NCBI RefSeq assembly: GCF_018977255.1
Contig: NW_024704742.1
Location: forward strand, 106,952,001-107,016,000
DNA length: 64,000 nt
From: Callorhinchus milii
Lineage: Eukaryota
Direction of reading: 5' to 3'
In this document: piece after piece, positions 27,601 to 42,600 of the stretch
Layout: each line of letters starts with the position of its first letter
How positions within the stretch are numbered: the first letter of the stretch is position 1
Position numbers and translations under genes: made by a program
Notes under the pieces: generated by a model
Database searches by the model: none
What the model saw: only the letters and a program-made list of their open reading frames with translations
Told to the model about the DNA's origin: nothing

Positions 27601-30600
27601 TCCCAGCATATGTGCCAGGCTGCTGCACGAGCTAAAAGTGTGCAGCTTACCATTGTGAAAACTGGCAACTTTATGCTGCTTATCCAACTACTATCACCTT
27701 TTTTATTAGGGCTTTGGCTCCTGGGGGATTCATGAAGGATTGTTGCCACAAGACTGGGAGAAACTCTTCTCTTTTTTGAATAGTCCTGTATTTTTGTGGA
27801 GTCCTGTACCTCGGTGGTTAGAGCATTCGCTTTGCAAGTGAGAGACCTGAGTTCAATTCCAGGCCGAGCGAAATCTTGGGCAAGTTTCCTGACTCCACAC
27901 GCCTAATAATAATCCCTCCAAAACCAAAATCAATAATAAATTGGTCATTTTCAATCTACGACTGTTTGTAGGAATTGCTGTGCGCAATTGGTTGCCGCGT
28001 TCGCCCACAAATATACCGTCAATTCACTTTACAGTGTGTTCTGTAAAGCGCTTTGGGACATCCTCCCGACGTGAAAAGCGCTATAACAAAATGCAAGGAT
28101 TATTATTATTAATAGTGTCATGGGTTTTTTAACTTCCATTTGAACAGGCAGACAGGGCCTTACCTTAACATCTCATTTAAAAGACGGCACCTCTGACTCA
28201 CCTCCCCAACACTGTATTGACATCTTAGTTTAGACAAGGAATGGCCAGCTTGCGGGTTGCATTACTCATGCGTGAAATGGACACACTCTTTTATTTTGAT
28301 ATTAATGGCCGGAAATTGGCCATCCCTAGTTGAGACTTTGAGCTCAAAGTCCCGCCGTGAGGCTTGAACCCACAATATTGTGTTTCAGAAGCAAGTGTGC
28401 CACTGACTCACCCAGGCTGATACCCATTTCACCCATTTAACAAAATTGTTGGCAAATGTAGTGAACTTGAACTTTACGATTCCTCAGACAGCAACAGTTG
28501 CTCCAGTCTAATGCAAAATGTACAACCATATAGAACACAAAACAGATACTGTAAAATGCACTTCAATAGATGTTCAGTTTCCCTGTGGGGCCACCCAGCC
28601 TTTACATTATCAGTTGCTCATTTTTCAGGAGCATCAAGTTTGACTACAACAAAATCCCTTCAATGATCCTACTCAGGGTTTGTACAATTTTTCTTCTGCA
28701 GGTACCCAGAAAATCCAAGCCGAAAAAATGTCTTGGGCCCATAAATATGGAAAAGACGCAATGTTTACAAAGGATTTTATAGGAAATGGTATTAAGGATT
28801 TCCCTATGGCACTGATGGTAAGATACACTTAGAGATGCACTTCTTGCGCAAGTTAATTAACACCTCGGTGAATAAACATGATAAACTATCTGACAATGCA
28901 ACCTACATTGTCAGACGGTTTAGCATGTTTATTCATCCAGGTTAACACAACATGAGAGGAAACATGCCTTGACATCACCAACCCCCATCTGTTGGTACGA
29001 TGCTGATCTAGAATATTTAAAACAAAAATTAAATGTGACGATTGCTTCAGGCACATTTGCCCTTTCTGCAAAATGCAGACTTTGAAAGACAAACCATTGA
29101 TTATTCATAGCGTAAATTTGTTTGCTGCTGTGTTAAACCCCTCAGTGCAAATTCATAATGATGGTAGCCGTAAAATCATATAAGTTTATAGCATAGAAGA
29201 AGACCATTGTGTCTTCTTTCAGCTCCATTTATCAGCCCTTTCCCAGCACATTCTTATTCCTTTTTATCTTTGGTTATATATTTGCACTGGTAGAAAAGGT
29301 CAGACATGTAATCTTTTTGGCTCAGGCATTCTGGGGAGTTAACCGCTTTGCGTTCATTAGAACTTGGTAAACTAAAACGGATAATATCCACCAGGCAGCC
29401 TCATCCTCCTGCCTTTTGCCACCCACCACCACTCCCTCTCCGTCCCACTCACCCTCCCCATTATCGCTCCTACCTCGTCCCCCATCCTACATTCCTTCCT
29501 CCCCATCTCTCCTTCCTCCCTCTCACCCACCGTCACTTCGATGAAACCCACCATCTGCTGCCTCGACCTCCTCCCCACCAACTTACCACACAGCTCCCCC
29601 TCCTCTGCCCACTACTGGCTGACGTCATCAATCAGTTCCTCTCCTCTGGATCAGTCCCTGCCCCCCTCAAAAATGCTGCCATCACCCCCCTCCTCAAAAA
29701 ACTTTCCCTAGATCCCTCAAACCCCAGCCACTACCGCCCTATTTCAAACTTGCCCTTCCTCGCTAAAGTCTTAGAACGCATTGTTGCCAATCAACTTTGC
29801 ACACATCTCTCCTCCCACTCCCTCTTCGAACCCTTCCAGTCCGGTTTCCGTCCTGCCCACAGTACAGAGACTGCGCTTGTGAAAGTCTCAAACGACATCC
29901 TCTCTATCTGTGACCAGGAACTCCCTCTGCCTCCTTGTCCTCCTGGATCTCTCTGCCGCATTCGACACAGTCGATCACACCATCCTCCTCCACCACCTTT
30001 CCTCCAACATCCACCTCAGTGGGACCGCACTCGCCTGGTTCGAGTCCTACCTCACAAAACCGTCAGCAGTACATCTCCACAAAAGGCTTTTTCTCCCACT
30101 CTCACCCGGTTACCTGTGGGGTACCCCAAGGATCCATCCTTGGCTCCTTCCTCTTTCTAATCTGTATGCTCCCTTTTGGGGATGTCACCCGCAGACATGG
30201 GGTACACTTCCACGACACCCAACTCTATTTTTCACCTCACTTTGTGACCCCCAGTCCCCTGATGTTCTGTCAGCCTGCCTGTCAGACATCAGGAGCTGGA
30301 TGAGCGTGAATTTCCTTCAGCTAAATGTTGACAAGACGGAAGCCGTACTCTTTGGCTCTCGTCAATGTCTTCAATCGTATGGTTCTCACCTACCCGACCT
30401 GCCCCTAAAACTCTCCAAACCTGCACGCAACCTAGGCGTCAGGTTCGACCCCCAATTATCCTTCCTCCCCCACATACGGTCCCTCACCAGCACCGCTTTC
30501 TTCCACCTCCGATGCATCACCCGTCTCTGCCAATATCTCACCCCAAAAGTCACCGAAACCCTGGTCTATGCTTTTGTCACCTCTCGGCTGGACTATTCAA

Positions 30601-33600
30601 ATGCCCTCCTCGCCAGTCTCCCCTCCATTACCAACCATAAAATGCAGGTCATCCAGAATTCTGCTGCCCGCATTCTTACCTGCACCAAACTCCGTTCCCC
30701 GTTTACCCCAGTCCTTGCCAGACTGCACTGGCTGCCTGTCCCAGAGAGGATCAATTTCACGATTCTCACTCTTGTTTTCAGATCCCTCCACTCTTCTGCA
30801 CCCTCCTACCTCTCTGACCTCCTCTCTCCTCACAACAGTGCCCGTTGCCTTTGCTCCACTGGGTCTGGCCTCCTCCTTGTCTCCCAAATCCTCCGCTCCA
30901 CCCTCGGTGGCCGTGCCTTCAGCCACTATGCCCAGAGGATCTGAAACTCCCTTCCTCACTCCCTTCGCCTCTACTCCTCTCTTCCTACTTTCAGGACTTG
31001 GCTAAAGACCTTTCCTTTCGACCACGCCTTTGATCACCTTCTTCCCCCTGCTCGGCCCCGGGATCTGTTATTGTGAAGACTCTGAGACGCCGTCCGGCGT
31101 GGAGGGCGCTATATAAATCCAAGTTGTTGTAATCTGACAAATAGTGTGTAGCAAGAAATTAGATCCATTAGGTGAATGCAGGTTCCTCCATGTCATGTGT
31201 AAAGTTCATAGTTCTACCTATTTTAGGCAGCTTTGTAAGTGGCTTACCCTCCATCCATTTGTTTTCCTTTTTTCACCATCTGTGATCATCTCCTATCTGT
31301 GTGCCTTTTAAATTTACTGGGTAACATGACTGATGCAGTAAATTCCTGCAAATTAATCCTAATATATCCTGTCTCTCATTTGCTTGATTATTTCTAAAAC
31401 TAGTAATTCATTTTGGTTGTTATGGGACAGTGTTGTCTCGTAGATCACTACTCCAGGCACTGCTGATGCAGCCTAGTCTGGCTCAGTGGCAGGATTTGGA
31501 AGGGCAGGGACTCTTCCCATTCAGCTCCTGTTAACCCTGCAAGCCAAAGCCCTAACAGTTATGGTGGTCCTAACTGGACAAGCAGTGGTGAGCTTTCTCG
31601 ACAGTGCTTTCAATGGCAAGCTATGTGGTTTTAGCTGGTTAGACTTCTGCAGCACTCCAACGCACACTTTGGGGTCCTTAAGCCTTGGCTCTCGCCAATC
31701 TGTGCCTGATGCTCTCTGGAATTAGATAAGCAGGATGCATCTTTATGGGGAGAGAGAGTGTATTCCATTCCAACAAACAGGAATTTCCATGTGTACATAA
31801 GATGTATGGAATTCTGTCTGGTTTGGATACTCTTAAGAATGGTGATGGGTTTCTGTGGGTGAAACACACCAAGCCCACTAAAAAAAAAATGTCCTTTTAT
31901 GGTTCGTTAAAGAATTGCTGGGTTTATTTTATGAAGGGGCAATTTGCACATTCAGAATTCAGATGAGTATAGCCTCAGTGCCCCCTCCTTATTATAGTCT
32001 TTGGTTAAGAGGTTTCAAATCCTTTGACATGGTTGTTAGCCTGTTAGTCTTTTATCTGATTTATCCCCCATTGTGCTTCATTTGTTATTCAAAAGGCAAA
32101 TGTAGATAAAAGGCAGATAAAAGGAATTTCATGAGCGTCTAGGTTCAAGGTCCTGCAGTGAAACTGACAAATTGGAACTCGGGATCTCTTCATTGATCCT
32201 GTACCTTCTTCTCTGCACTGTTTTCTTTGCAAAGAAAAATCCCTTTTTTAACGTGAATGTTCATTTGTCTTTTCAAATATGTTTCTGTCATCTTGTGAAG
32301 TAACAACATTAGTCGTGGCTGGACTACCACATTCTCCATGGATTATTTCTTTTTACGAAAAAATTAATGAAGTGAATTTGTTTTTTTGTCCCACCTTGAC
32401 TCATGCAAATTACTCAAGTTGCTATATATCATGTGTGCTCTCAGACACACACCATGAAGTAGGTACGTCCGCTGTCTCGGGTAGGTTTTCTGGAAGGATG
32501 AGATCAATTGGGCCAAATTGGCATTTCTACTTGCCTCAGTAATAAGTGGTTTGCCAATTGCTCTTCCTCAGCCTCTGGCAGCTTCACATTCTCTGCAATT
32601 GGATTCTGAGACTGTACCCAATAGCAGACATTTAGGTCCTCACATTTTGGTCATCCACCTAGAATGCCACAAAATAATTATCTGTTACAAAATTGAGCAC
32701 ACTTTGTTCTTGGTTAGATTCTTAGGTTGATTGCCTACCAAATATTATAGATATCAGATTTGGGATTTACAGAGAACATGGTTTTTCAACGACTCATGGG
32801 TAAGATACACCAGAATCCGCAGTTGGTGGGTAGAGATGTATGATAATGAGGGGGCAGCAAAGAGAGGCTGGTACACAATCTGCTTGAAAAGAAATATGGA
32901 GCGATCTCCCAAAGCTGCTGAACTATTTAATGGTTGATTGCTAATTACTGGTTGATTCAAATTGTAATTCTAGCCGGGTTTTATCTATCGTCTCGTTGCA
33001 ATGCACCATAACTTTGCAAGAGTTGAACTATTTAAGGGATGGCTGCTGATGATTGCATGGTACCTATTTTCGGCTTTGTTACCTGCTGTTATATGCAAGT
33101 GTTCCAGGTTACATTTCTCAGTGTATTCCCTCCGCTTACTGTTTTCCATGAGATGATTTAAGTGTTGAATGATGGTATCATGATATAGTTGAAGGGGTCT
33201 TCTTATTCAGTGCATGTAAAACATTTGTAAACATTCTATTTTGCACCATGTGTAAACATCTACAGAGGGAATTGCAGGTGATATTCATTTGTAATTAACA
33301 ACCAATGAAAAGCATTTGGCAATTGAATACATTATTAAGGGCAACAACTTTTTACACATATCTGATTGTTTATTTAAAAAAAAATTGGCAGCAGAAAATA
33401 CTTATTTCTCCTGTTCTCAGGAGGTCAACATTAGAAAGTAATCCTTGCATTTTTTTGCATTTGATATAACCCTAACCCTTATCATATCATTGAGACGTCT
33501 CAAAATGCTTCACAGGAAGCACAGGAATATTTAAAATGACTATTGAACAAAGATAATAATGTAAGGCATAATAGTTACAACAGTAATGCCAACCATGACA

Positions 33601-36600
33601 CTGATTTGATCTGAATGTAGATGCATCTAGTTACCAGCAGGTAAAAAAAAATGATAAATTAACTGGAATACTCCTGCATCATATTTCTGCAGGGGCTCTC
33701 CTTGTTCCTGAAGATATTCATCCCATATTTGTGCTGAGATTCCAGATCTAGTTTTCTCTTGTGAGAGTATTTCAAATTCTGGTCACACATCTCTACTCCA
33801 ACTCAGTGGCTTAGAATAAGTACCACATTTAATTGCAGCTAACAAGAAATATGATGTAATCTCCGGTCAGTTCTAAATGTTGTATCTCTTCATTTTTCAG
33901 CACAGCATTGAATAGAGTAGGAGTAGGGGGTAGGAGAAACACAGCTTTCCCAGTATCCTGGAAGCATCCATTCCCAAAACCATGAGCACTTAAACAATAG
34001 AATTCTCAGAATTGTACAGTCCAAAGACGTTACAGTAACCTTGCCAAGCCAAACAGCCACCATCGTTACAAGGATATTGTGTTGATAAAGCAGTTTAAAA
34101 AAACGGTCCAAGTCAGAAGGTTGTGGGTTCAGTCTGACACTCCAATGCAATGCTGGGGGTGAGGGGTGGTGGCACAGCATTGCTCTAGGTGCCATCCTTC
34201 GAATGACACGTTAAACTGAGATCCCGTCTGCTTGTTCAAGTGGACATTAAATATCCTGTAGGTTTACTTAAAGAGAATTTTTGTCAGTGTTTTGGACAAC
34301 AATCCGATAGATAGAATTGGTCATTCAATTCATGGCTGTTTGCCTACAAAATCCACAATCATTATTATTATTATTATTTTATTGGATGCATTTGTTTCAG
34401 TTGCCTAAATGTTAAATTGTTCAATCTTTAATTTATGGACTACTTTCCTCATAGATGATGCTGAAGAATTCAGTCTTCATGTGCTTAACGATATCCACCT
34501 GTACTGAAATGGTGAGCCTCGCTGGCCTTGGAACGTTTCTGCCTAAATTTATGGAAACTCAGTTTGGGCAGACTGCCAGTCAGGCAGCCATCCTCGGAGG
34601 TAAGCACTTCCAAGAGACGTCAGTGATTCACTTAAAAGAACATTTTTTCACTAGGCTTGTCAGCAGAGGAATGCATCAAAACACAGTCCTGCAGAAGCTG
34701 TCATCTGAAGTTGATGTAGCAGTATTTAACAATTAACAACAGAATAGGTGGTTAGATATGGCATTTGGAATGGATTTCCAAAAATATGTAACAAAAGGTT
34801 ACCTGTTGTTAACAATTGTCGTGTTTGACTCTCGCAAACACTTTTTGTTTAAAGGGAAACTGTTTCAATTCTGTTTATTCAGCTATGTATTGCAGGTGAT
34901 TTTGAAGCAATACAAGGCTTGTTTATTCTCTTTACATGTTGTTTCCATGTTATTGTAACACTTCAAATTTAAAGCGACCAGATACTCTTAACGGTGCTTC
35001 TATTCTACTGTCTTTTAGACCTATTCTGAGCCAAGATATTTCTTATAAAACGCAAAATGCTGCAGATGCTGTAAATCTGAAAGAAAAACAGAGATCGCTG
35101 GGAATACTCAGCAGGTCAGGCAGCATCTATGGAGAAAGAAAAGAGGGTCGAAGTTTGGGGTCCATGACCTTCAAGTTTCTTATGGTGGCCAAAAAGAGTT
35201 GATTAGGGTGGCAAAACTACTCTATATATGGCCTATATCAAATGCAAGAATTATTATTACACTAATCCAGCTTCGATCTTTTGAGTTTGTTTTTTCTGTG
35301 TGTAGCCTTCAGTATATCAAGACCTTTTACTTGCCTGTCTTTAAATTGTAAGGCATTCTACTGATTCAAAACAGTTGTCCCATCATACTTTCCTGTCAGC
35401 TGTTTTAATTCAGAAATTGAATAACAAAAAATATCCTCTTCTTCCCCCACCCCAACACCTGCATTCGTGAGCACCTGTGCTATTCTTCAGTGTAGCTCGC
35501 ACCGCGACACCCACCACTACACAGTGGAGCTGCTACTGTACTGTAATCAATATAATAAGGCTGGAAAATGTTCCTTTTTTGTGCCGACTGGAAAAAGCCA
35601 AATCAAATGTTTTGAATCCTATTGAGTATTACGTTTGAGCATTGATTTAAACACAGTGTAGTAATTGGCTTCAGTCAAAGAGCATTTTACAGTAGTCAGT
35701 GAGAGAGGAAGCAGATAACCTTGCCCCCATTGAATAGTCTGTTGCAGTTCAAATAGAGTCTGCTTAAAACAGAACTCAAAGTGTAGGATATTTAAGAACA
35801 TTCTATAATATAACTAGCAACAGCCTTCTAATTCCCCGTCCCATTAAGTGTCATACAATGACAACAAATGTTTCATTTCAGATTGAACTGAACCTAAGAG
35901 ATTAACTCATTAAATTATGCATGTGGAGGGGAGGTGTGATATATTTTGGGTTTTGTTGAAAGCGATAGATGCTAGTCCTGCCGAATGGATGTTTGTTAGC
36001 ACTCCTGCCTCCAAACCAGAAGGTTGTGGATTTAAGCTTCCCGTCAGGACACTAACCCACAGTTTAGGGTGGTAGCTGAGTATAGTGCTGGGGGAACATT
36101 TCATTGTTGGAATTGCTGTGGACATTAATAATAATAATAATAATCTTTGCATTTGGTATAGCGCTTTTCACGTCGGGAGGATGCCCCAAAGCGCTTCACA
36201 GAACACACTGTAAAGTGAATTGACTGTATATTTGTGGGTGAACTTGGCAGCCAATTGCACACAGCAATGTCCCACAAACAGTCGTAGATTGAAAATGACC
36301 AATTTCTTATTGTTTTTGGTTTTGGAGGGATTATTATTAAGCGTGTGCAGTAAGGAAACTTGTCCAAGGTTTCGCCCTGCCTGGAATTGAACTCAGGTTC
36401 AATACATTAAAGATCCCATGGCACTATTCAACAACACCAAGAACAAATTACATTCGTATAGCACCTTTCACATTGGGAGGATAACATATAATAATAATAA
36501 TCCTTGCATTTGATATACCGCCTTATCATGTCTTTGAGACAAATTCCAGAGGGTTCAGGCATAGAGGCTGAAGGCCCAACTGCCAATGGTGGAAGAGCCG

Positions 36601-39600
36601 GGTGAGGAATATGGAGCAGGCTGGAGCCTGCTTAGCAGACGGAGCGGACAAGTTGATATGGGGTTAGCAGGTCACAGAGGTAGGAAACAGCAAGGCCATG
36701 GTGGGCTTTGAAGGCGAGGGTGAGGATTTTGAACTAAATCTTCTGGGGGATGGAGAGCCAGTGGAGCCGGGCAAGTGTGGGTGTGATGGGGCCGTGGAGC
36801 CTGGTACAGGAGAGGACAAAAGCTGATGTTCTGGATGATCTTCAGCTTGTGGAGGGAAGAGTTGGGAAGGCCGACAAGCAGTCGTGGGTCAATGTTTGGG
36901 GTCCATGACCTTCAAGAACCTAGATGTGATGAATGAGGGTTTCAGTGGCCTGAGGGGTGAGGCAGTGGCAGAGCCGAGCAATGTTGTGGAGGTGGGAGAG
37001 AAAATCCTGTAAACATCTTGGCTGTTTTTGCCAGTGGCCACAGGTAATGCTGCTGGTGTCAGCATCAAGCATCCATAGGTCAGCGATATAATGAAGAGCA
37101 ATGTTTCTTCTACTCTGTCCCAGAAGCATGTTTTAACAACAACAACTCACATTTATATAGTGCCCTTCACACAGGGCAGCATCTCGGACCGCTTAACATT
37201 GGCAGAGCCTGATGCTGAGCTGGAAGGCGGGAGGAGGTGACCATAAGCACAGTAGAAGAAGAAGGTCGTCTTGAAATGCTGTACACTGTCCAGCGCCTTG
37301 GGACATCCTCACGATGTGAAAGGTGCTATACAAATGTAATGTTGTTGTTGTGATTTAAAAGAGTGGTAGGAGGGGGCAAGGTGGAGGGATTAGGGGAGAA
37401 AGTTACAAAGCTTTCGGGGGAAATGGCTGAAAGTGTGGCCAGTGGAACGGAGTGGACGAGGGACAAGTGGGAGGCCAGAGCCAGCCGAACAGAGATAGTG
37501 GAGTGAGGAGAAGGCAGGTCAGAAACACAGAGAGGTGCCATGGCATTTTGGGATTTCTTGATGAGTGAGATCATCTTGAAATCGATCGATTAAAAATTAA
37601 CCTCAGACAAATATCTCTAAATGGATCAGTGTGAAATTTTCCAATTCCTGACCCTGATGTGGATATGGCTGTTTTTGGTGAGACTTGACAATTTTCATCC
37701 AGTTTCTTTGCTGGAGGAGAAGCAGGGATTAGATTGCCCAGTTGAATTTCAGATTAGACAATGAGAGGCTGCAAAAAGAGGAGATTTTCATCCCTTAATC
37801 TGATCTTGATTTGAACCTAAATTCCAGTGGTGACGGGATTGTTTTAATACCCTGCACAGTGTCCCACAAACATCTTATTTTGTTCCTAGATGATGTTTTG
37901 TGGTAGTTGAGGTATTTTAGCCAAAGCATTGGATCTGGTGTGATTGGGAGGAAGAGATAATTTATTTCTATTTATTTGAAGGGCCAATGAGTAAGTCTTC
38001 TGAGCAGAGATAGCAGTGACATTGCCCGAAATTCCATTATAACCATGCAACAAAAAGATGGCAATTTAGATAGATGTTATCGTGCGAGTCTATTCATATG
38101 ATTGGACATTATGTCAAATATATTTTTAAATCTTTTTTTAAAAACTGACGGTCCTAACCCAATCAAGCTTTTGGTAGAACAGCTATTGGTTTTGAGGAGT
38201 TTAGGAGAATTATTTTCACACGAGAGTTGTTGGGATGTAGAATGCCCTGTCAAGTTACATGGTAGAGGCACAGTCCATTGTGGGTATCAAGAGGGAAGTT
38301 ACAGGAATATGAAAGATACAAGTTTGAGAGGGCAGGGCAGTGTAACAATAATAATAATCCTTTTCCATTTTATATAGCGCCTTATCATGACATTGAGATT
38401 TCAAAGTGCTTCACAGAATATACTGTAAAGTGTAGATCTTCTGGGTGAAATGTGGCAGCCAATTGCGCACAGCAGTGTCCTACAAACGGTCGTGGATTGA
38501 GTGACCAATTTATTTATTTTTGAGGGACTATTAACCTAGGAAAGTGACCGGGTTCCGACTTACTGCTTGGTAAACAGAGGCGTGTGGAGTAAGGAAACTT
38601 GCCTAACGTTCCGCTTTGCCGAGAATCAAACCCGGGTCCTCTCGCTTGCGAGGCGAGACCTCCAACCAATACAATACAGGAAGAAGCTGCAGCTTATGTC
38701 CTCTCTCACACCAAGCTCCGTGACCCTCTCACCCTCCCCTGGCTCCACTGGCTCTCCATTCCCCAGAGGATAGAGTTCAAAATCTTCGTCCTCACCTTCA
38801 AGGCCCTCCACGGCCTTGCTCCTTCCTATCTCTGTGACCTGATAGCCTCATATCAACCTGTCCACTCCCTTCACTTAGCAGGTTCCGGCCTGCTCCACAT
38901 CCCCGCTCAGCCCACCCCACCATCAGCGGTCTAGCCTTCAGCTTCTCTGCCTCCACCCATTGGAACTCCATCCCACAGTCTCTCTATCTTGCTCCCTCCC
39001 TTGCCTCCTTCAAGGCACGTCTCAAAACCTTCCTCTTCGACCGCTCATTTGGATACCCTCCTACCCCTACCCTCCACCCTCCTGATCTCAACCCCTCTGC
39101 TTGGGTCCAAATCCCTGACTTTCTGGTACCTTGGGACGTGTTCCCGATGGGAAAGACCCTTTACAAATGTAATATGTTGTTGTGAGAGCCAAGTGCAGAC
39201 TCTATCGGCCAAATGGCTTTCTTCTGTGCTGTAAATTTCTATGATTCTTCAGGAGGCTCTCTTATGGTTGCAATTTGCCAGTGTTTTCAGTGAAGAGAAT
39301 AGATTGGGGGCGTAGGGTGGGGAGACAGTGGCACGAAGGAGAAGAAAGGTGAAAGATGAGATGAGCATGATGAGAAAGCACCTCATGTTATTTCTCAATG
39401 AACTGTACATACACCAGATGGCACAGGCTGTTCTGTACATCAGAAAATAATAATTCATTGTCAGGAAAGCCAGCAGCACATACTGCTTCCTGGATTGATT
39501 GAGATTGAATAAAAATAACAACGAGTGGAATGAAATATTGCTGGCGGTGACGGTGTATCTTAGTCAGGAGAATGTCCTTCATAAAACATTGGACCTGGAG

Positions 39601-42600
39601 CTTCTGAAAAAACAGCAGCAGATTAACACAGAATATGCTCGACCTCTAGGCATAAAATAATACAGGTGGCACTAGTTTCAATTCAGTATTCAGTCAAACA
39701 ATTTTTCTCTGCTTTATGCCTTCCTCTCTTCAAGATGTTGACTAATGCTTGGGCATGGCTATTTGTCATGTCTGAATCTGGACTGTTCTGATAGGTGGGG
39801 ATATCAGACCCAAACCCAATCCTACTCAAACCTGTGGGAGGGTGGTATTTTCCTCTTGTCAGTAAATAATTGTCAGTAAAAGTAAAATGCATTTGCATTT
39901 TGTTGTATGCCTTGTCACATCATTGAGTAGTATATTTTCTGGATGACATGCTGCAGCCAATGGTGCATAGAGTTGTCCCACAAACAGTGCCCATTGCAAG
40001 GCACTATTAATGTTAATTATTTCCCAATGTATTTCAACCACAATCTCTATTTATATGTAATAAATGTTGAGCTTTTTAAGTTATAGGGTATCCTACTTTT
40101 TCTTACCACTATAGTAAATTGATAACTTGTTGCTTCAAGGGAAAAGAGCTCACCGATTAGTTATCTAGAGTGGTGAGATAGGCTTGGGTCCTTTGGGACC
40201 ACAAGGGCTGGTAATGTGACAGAGTGGCCCCAGCCCCCACAGCTGTGAGGTTATTTGTTAACTCATAACTATATGTATAGGCCTATGTATCTATACACAT
40301 GCTTATTTTCTGTTTCCTATCGTGTATCTGTTACTGTACAATGATACTGTACTTCCAAGTTATATGTGAAGATTAACATTTTGCATGGGAAACGGCTGGG
40401 ACATTGACAGCATAGCTACTTAAGTGTAGAGACTAATTAAGACAGGGTTCTGTTATTAGGGTTTTACTATGTATTGCAGGTGTACTGAGAGCCTTGAGTA
40501 GAAAAACTGAGGTATAGAAACAGACCATGTCAGTGATGTTTACTGTATGAAGAATATGTTTTCTTGCAATAGTTTATTGAACAATGAAACTTCTAAGAAC
40601 ATTTTTTTTCTACTAGGAAAATATGCAGGTATGATGCTGTGATACAGCATTGAATGTTGTTTGATTGTAATGTTCATTTTTCAGGGCTAGTCCTGGCCCC
40701 TGGAGCAATCTTTGGTCAAATTATCAGTGGAATCATCATTTCCAAATTGAAGCTAGGTTGTGACAAAATGATTAAAATGGCTATAATTATGACCACACTA
40801 GCACTGACTTGCTTGGCGGTTTTCATCTTCGCAAAATGTGACAATGTGCCACTTGCTGGAGTCAACAGGCCCTATGAAAGGTAACTAATTTGAGGTTAAA
40901 TATGCTGTCTTGAATGATATCCCATAAATTTTAACTAAGGCATTGCTCTGTCAAATATTTTCAGGGATTAATATGAACTAACTGGTTATATATTATATAT
41001 ATTGGAACTGGAATGAGTGTCATTTTCTGCTTTACTATGTCATTGTTCAACATTTTAACATTCATATAAAATTATGGTGAGAACTCGGTGGATGATGAAT
41101 ATGTGTAAGCCTTGGAATATAAAGAAATGGATATTAAAGCTTACAGCATAGTGGAGAGGATGATTTGATAGCAGAGTCAAAGGGAAAACTAGAGGTTAGA
41201 GAAGAGGAGGAACTTAAAGGGGTTATCTTACAGGATTTGAAAATTATACCAGAGAATTGGAAGGTAATAAACTTCCATTATTCAAGATGAGAGAAAGTGG
41301 ACAAACTAAATAACTATCATAAACATTAATTGTTGGCAAATTGCTGGGATCTGTCATGAGGGACAAAGTATCTTAGCATCCTCATAAATATGAACAAATT
41401 AGAAAAAAATGGGCAATGGTTTTGTGAAGGCTAGACTGTGTCTGACTAATCCAATAAATTCCTTAACAGAACCGTTGAGATGATAGATAAAGATGGATCA
41501 CTGGATATCATTTAATATATTTTCATAAGGCCTATGATAAGGTGCCACCTAAGAGATTAATAGTTGAAATGAAACTGCATTGAGTTGGGATAAAAAGGAC
41601 ATTTTCTGATTGGTTCACTATGATAAGTGGTATCTCCAGGGTTCTGCATCATATATAATTGACATAGGTTTAGGAATATAGGGGAGACAAGACAAGTTTG
41701 TATTGACATTCATTTAGAAACTTATAATTTGTGAAAACATGAGCAGAAAATTGCAAAGGCCGCAAACAGGTTATTCAAATGTGTAGAACTTTAGCAAATG
41801 TGGTTCCATGTAACTAAGTGTGAGGTTTGAACTTTTCAATTTTGAACTTAAGACTAGAGAACAGAAATGCATTCGGAGAATCATTAGGGAGATAGGTGGA
41901 CAAAGGAATTTAAGAGTCCAACTGAGTGTATAAACTATGAAAAGTTAGTTTGCGGCTGCAGAAAGCAAATACAAAGGCTGAAAGGATGAAAAACTTGATA
42001 ACAAGGAATTGCTGTTGTATAGACTGCTGGTCAGACCTCATTTGGAGCATTGTGTTCAATTTTGGCACATAATCCTAGAAAGGGCATAACCTTGGAGGGT
42101 AACCAGTGACGATTCAGTAGATTAATATCTGGAGTAAAGAAATTAGTTACAATAAGAGTTTGGGTGCACTGGGGTTATATTTCCAAAGAGTTGAGGAAAT
42201 TAGGTGGTGATCTAAATGAGGTATTTAAAATGAGGAAGGAAATTGACAAACTAGGATCCAAAATAAAACAACGTATAGTCTTAGATAAAACTGGTTAGAG
42301 GTGACATGTGTAGATGTAGATTGGGATTTTTAATGAGAGAAGGGTGGATACCAGGCAAGACAGGATTTTTGACAGCTCTCATAGGCAATTATAAAAGGAA
42401 ATTAAACAGATTCTTGAAAAAGAATAGGATAAAAGGGGAGTGAACAAGAGAGTGGGGAAGATTGTCTTAAATTAAAACATCAGCTTAGACTTTTGATGAG
42501 CCAAATGTTTATGTGCTTTAGAAACTTATGATTTGACAAATAACACATCACTAATGAAACTTAATGGGGTGGGGCTTATGTTTCAATGAATATTTTGGAA

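Noticed and set aside
32300..33100. Possible ancient L1 ORF2 C-terminal remnant
   Set aside because: Only vague motif hints; I cannot support it by eye.
39255..39620. Possible Harbinger-like transposase remnant (AAGFP)
   Set aside because: No further motifs recognisable; too weak to call without a profile search.
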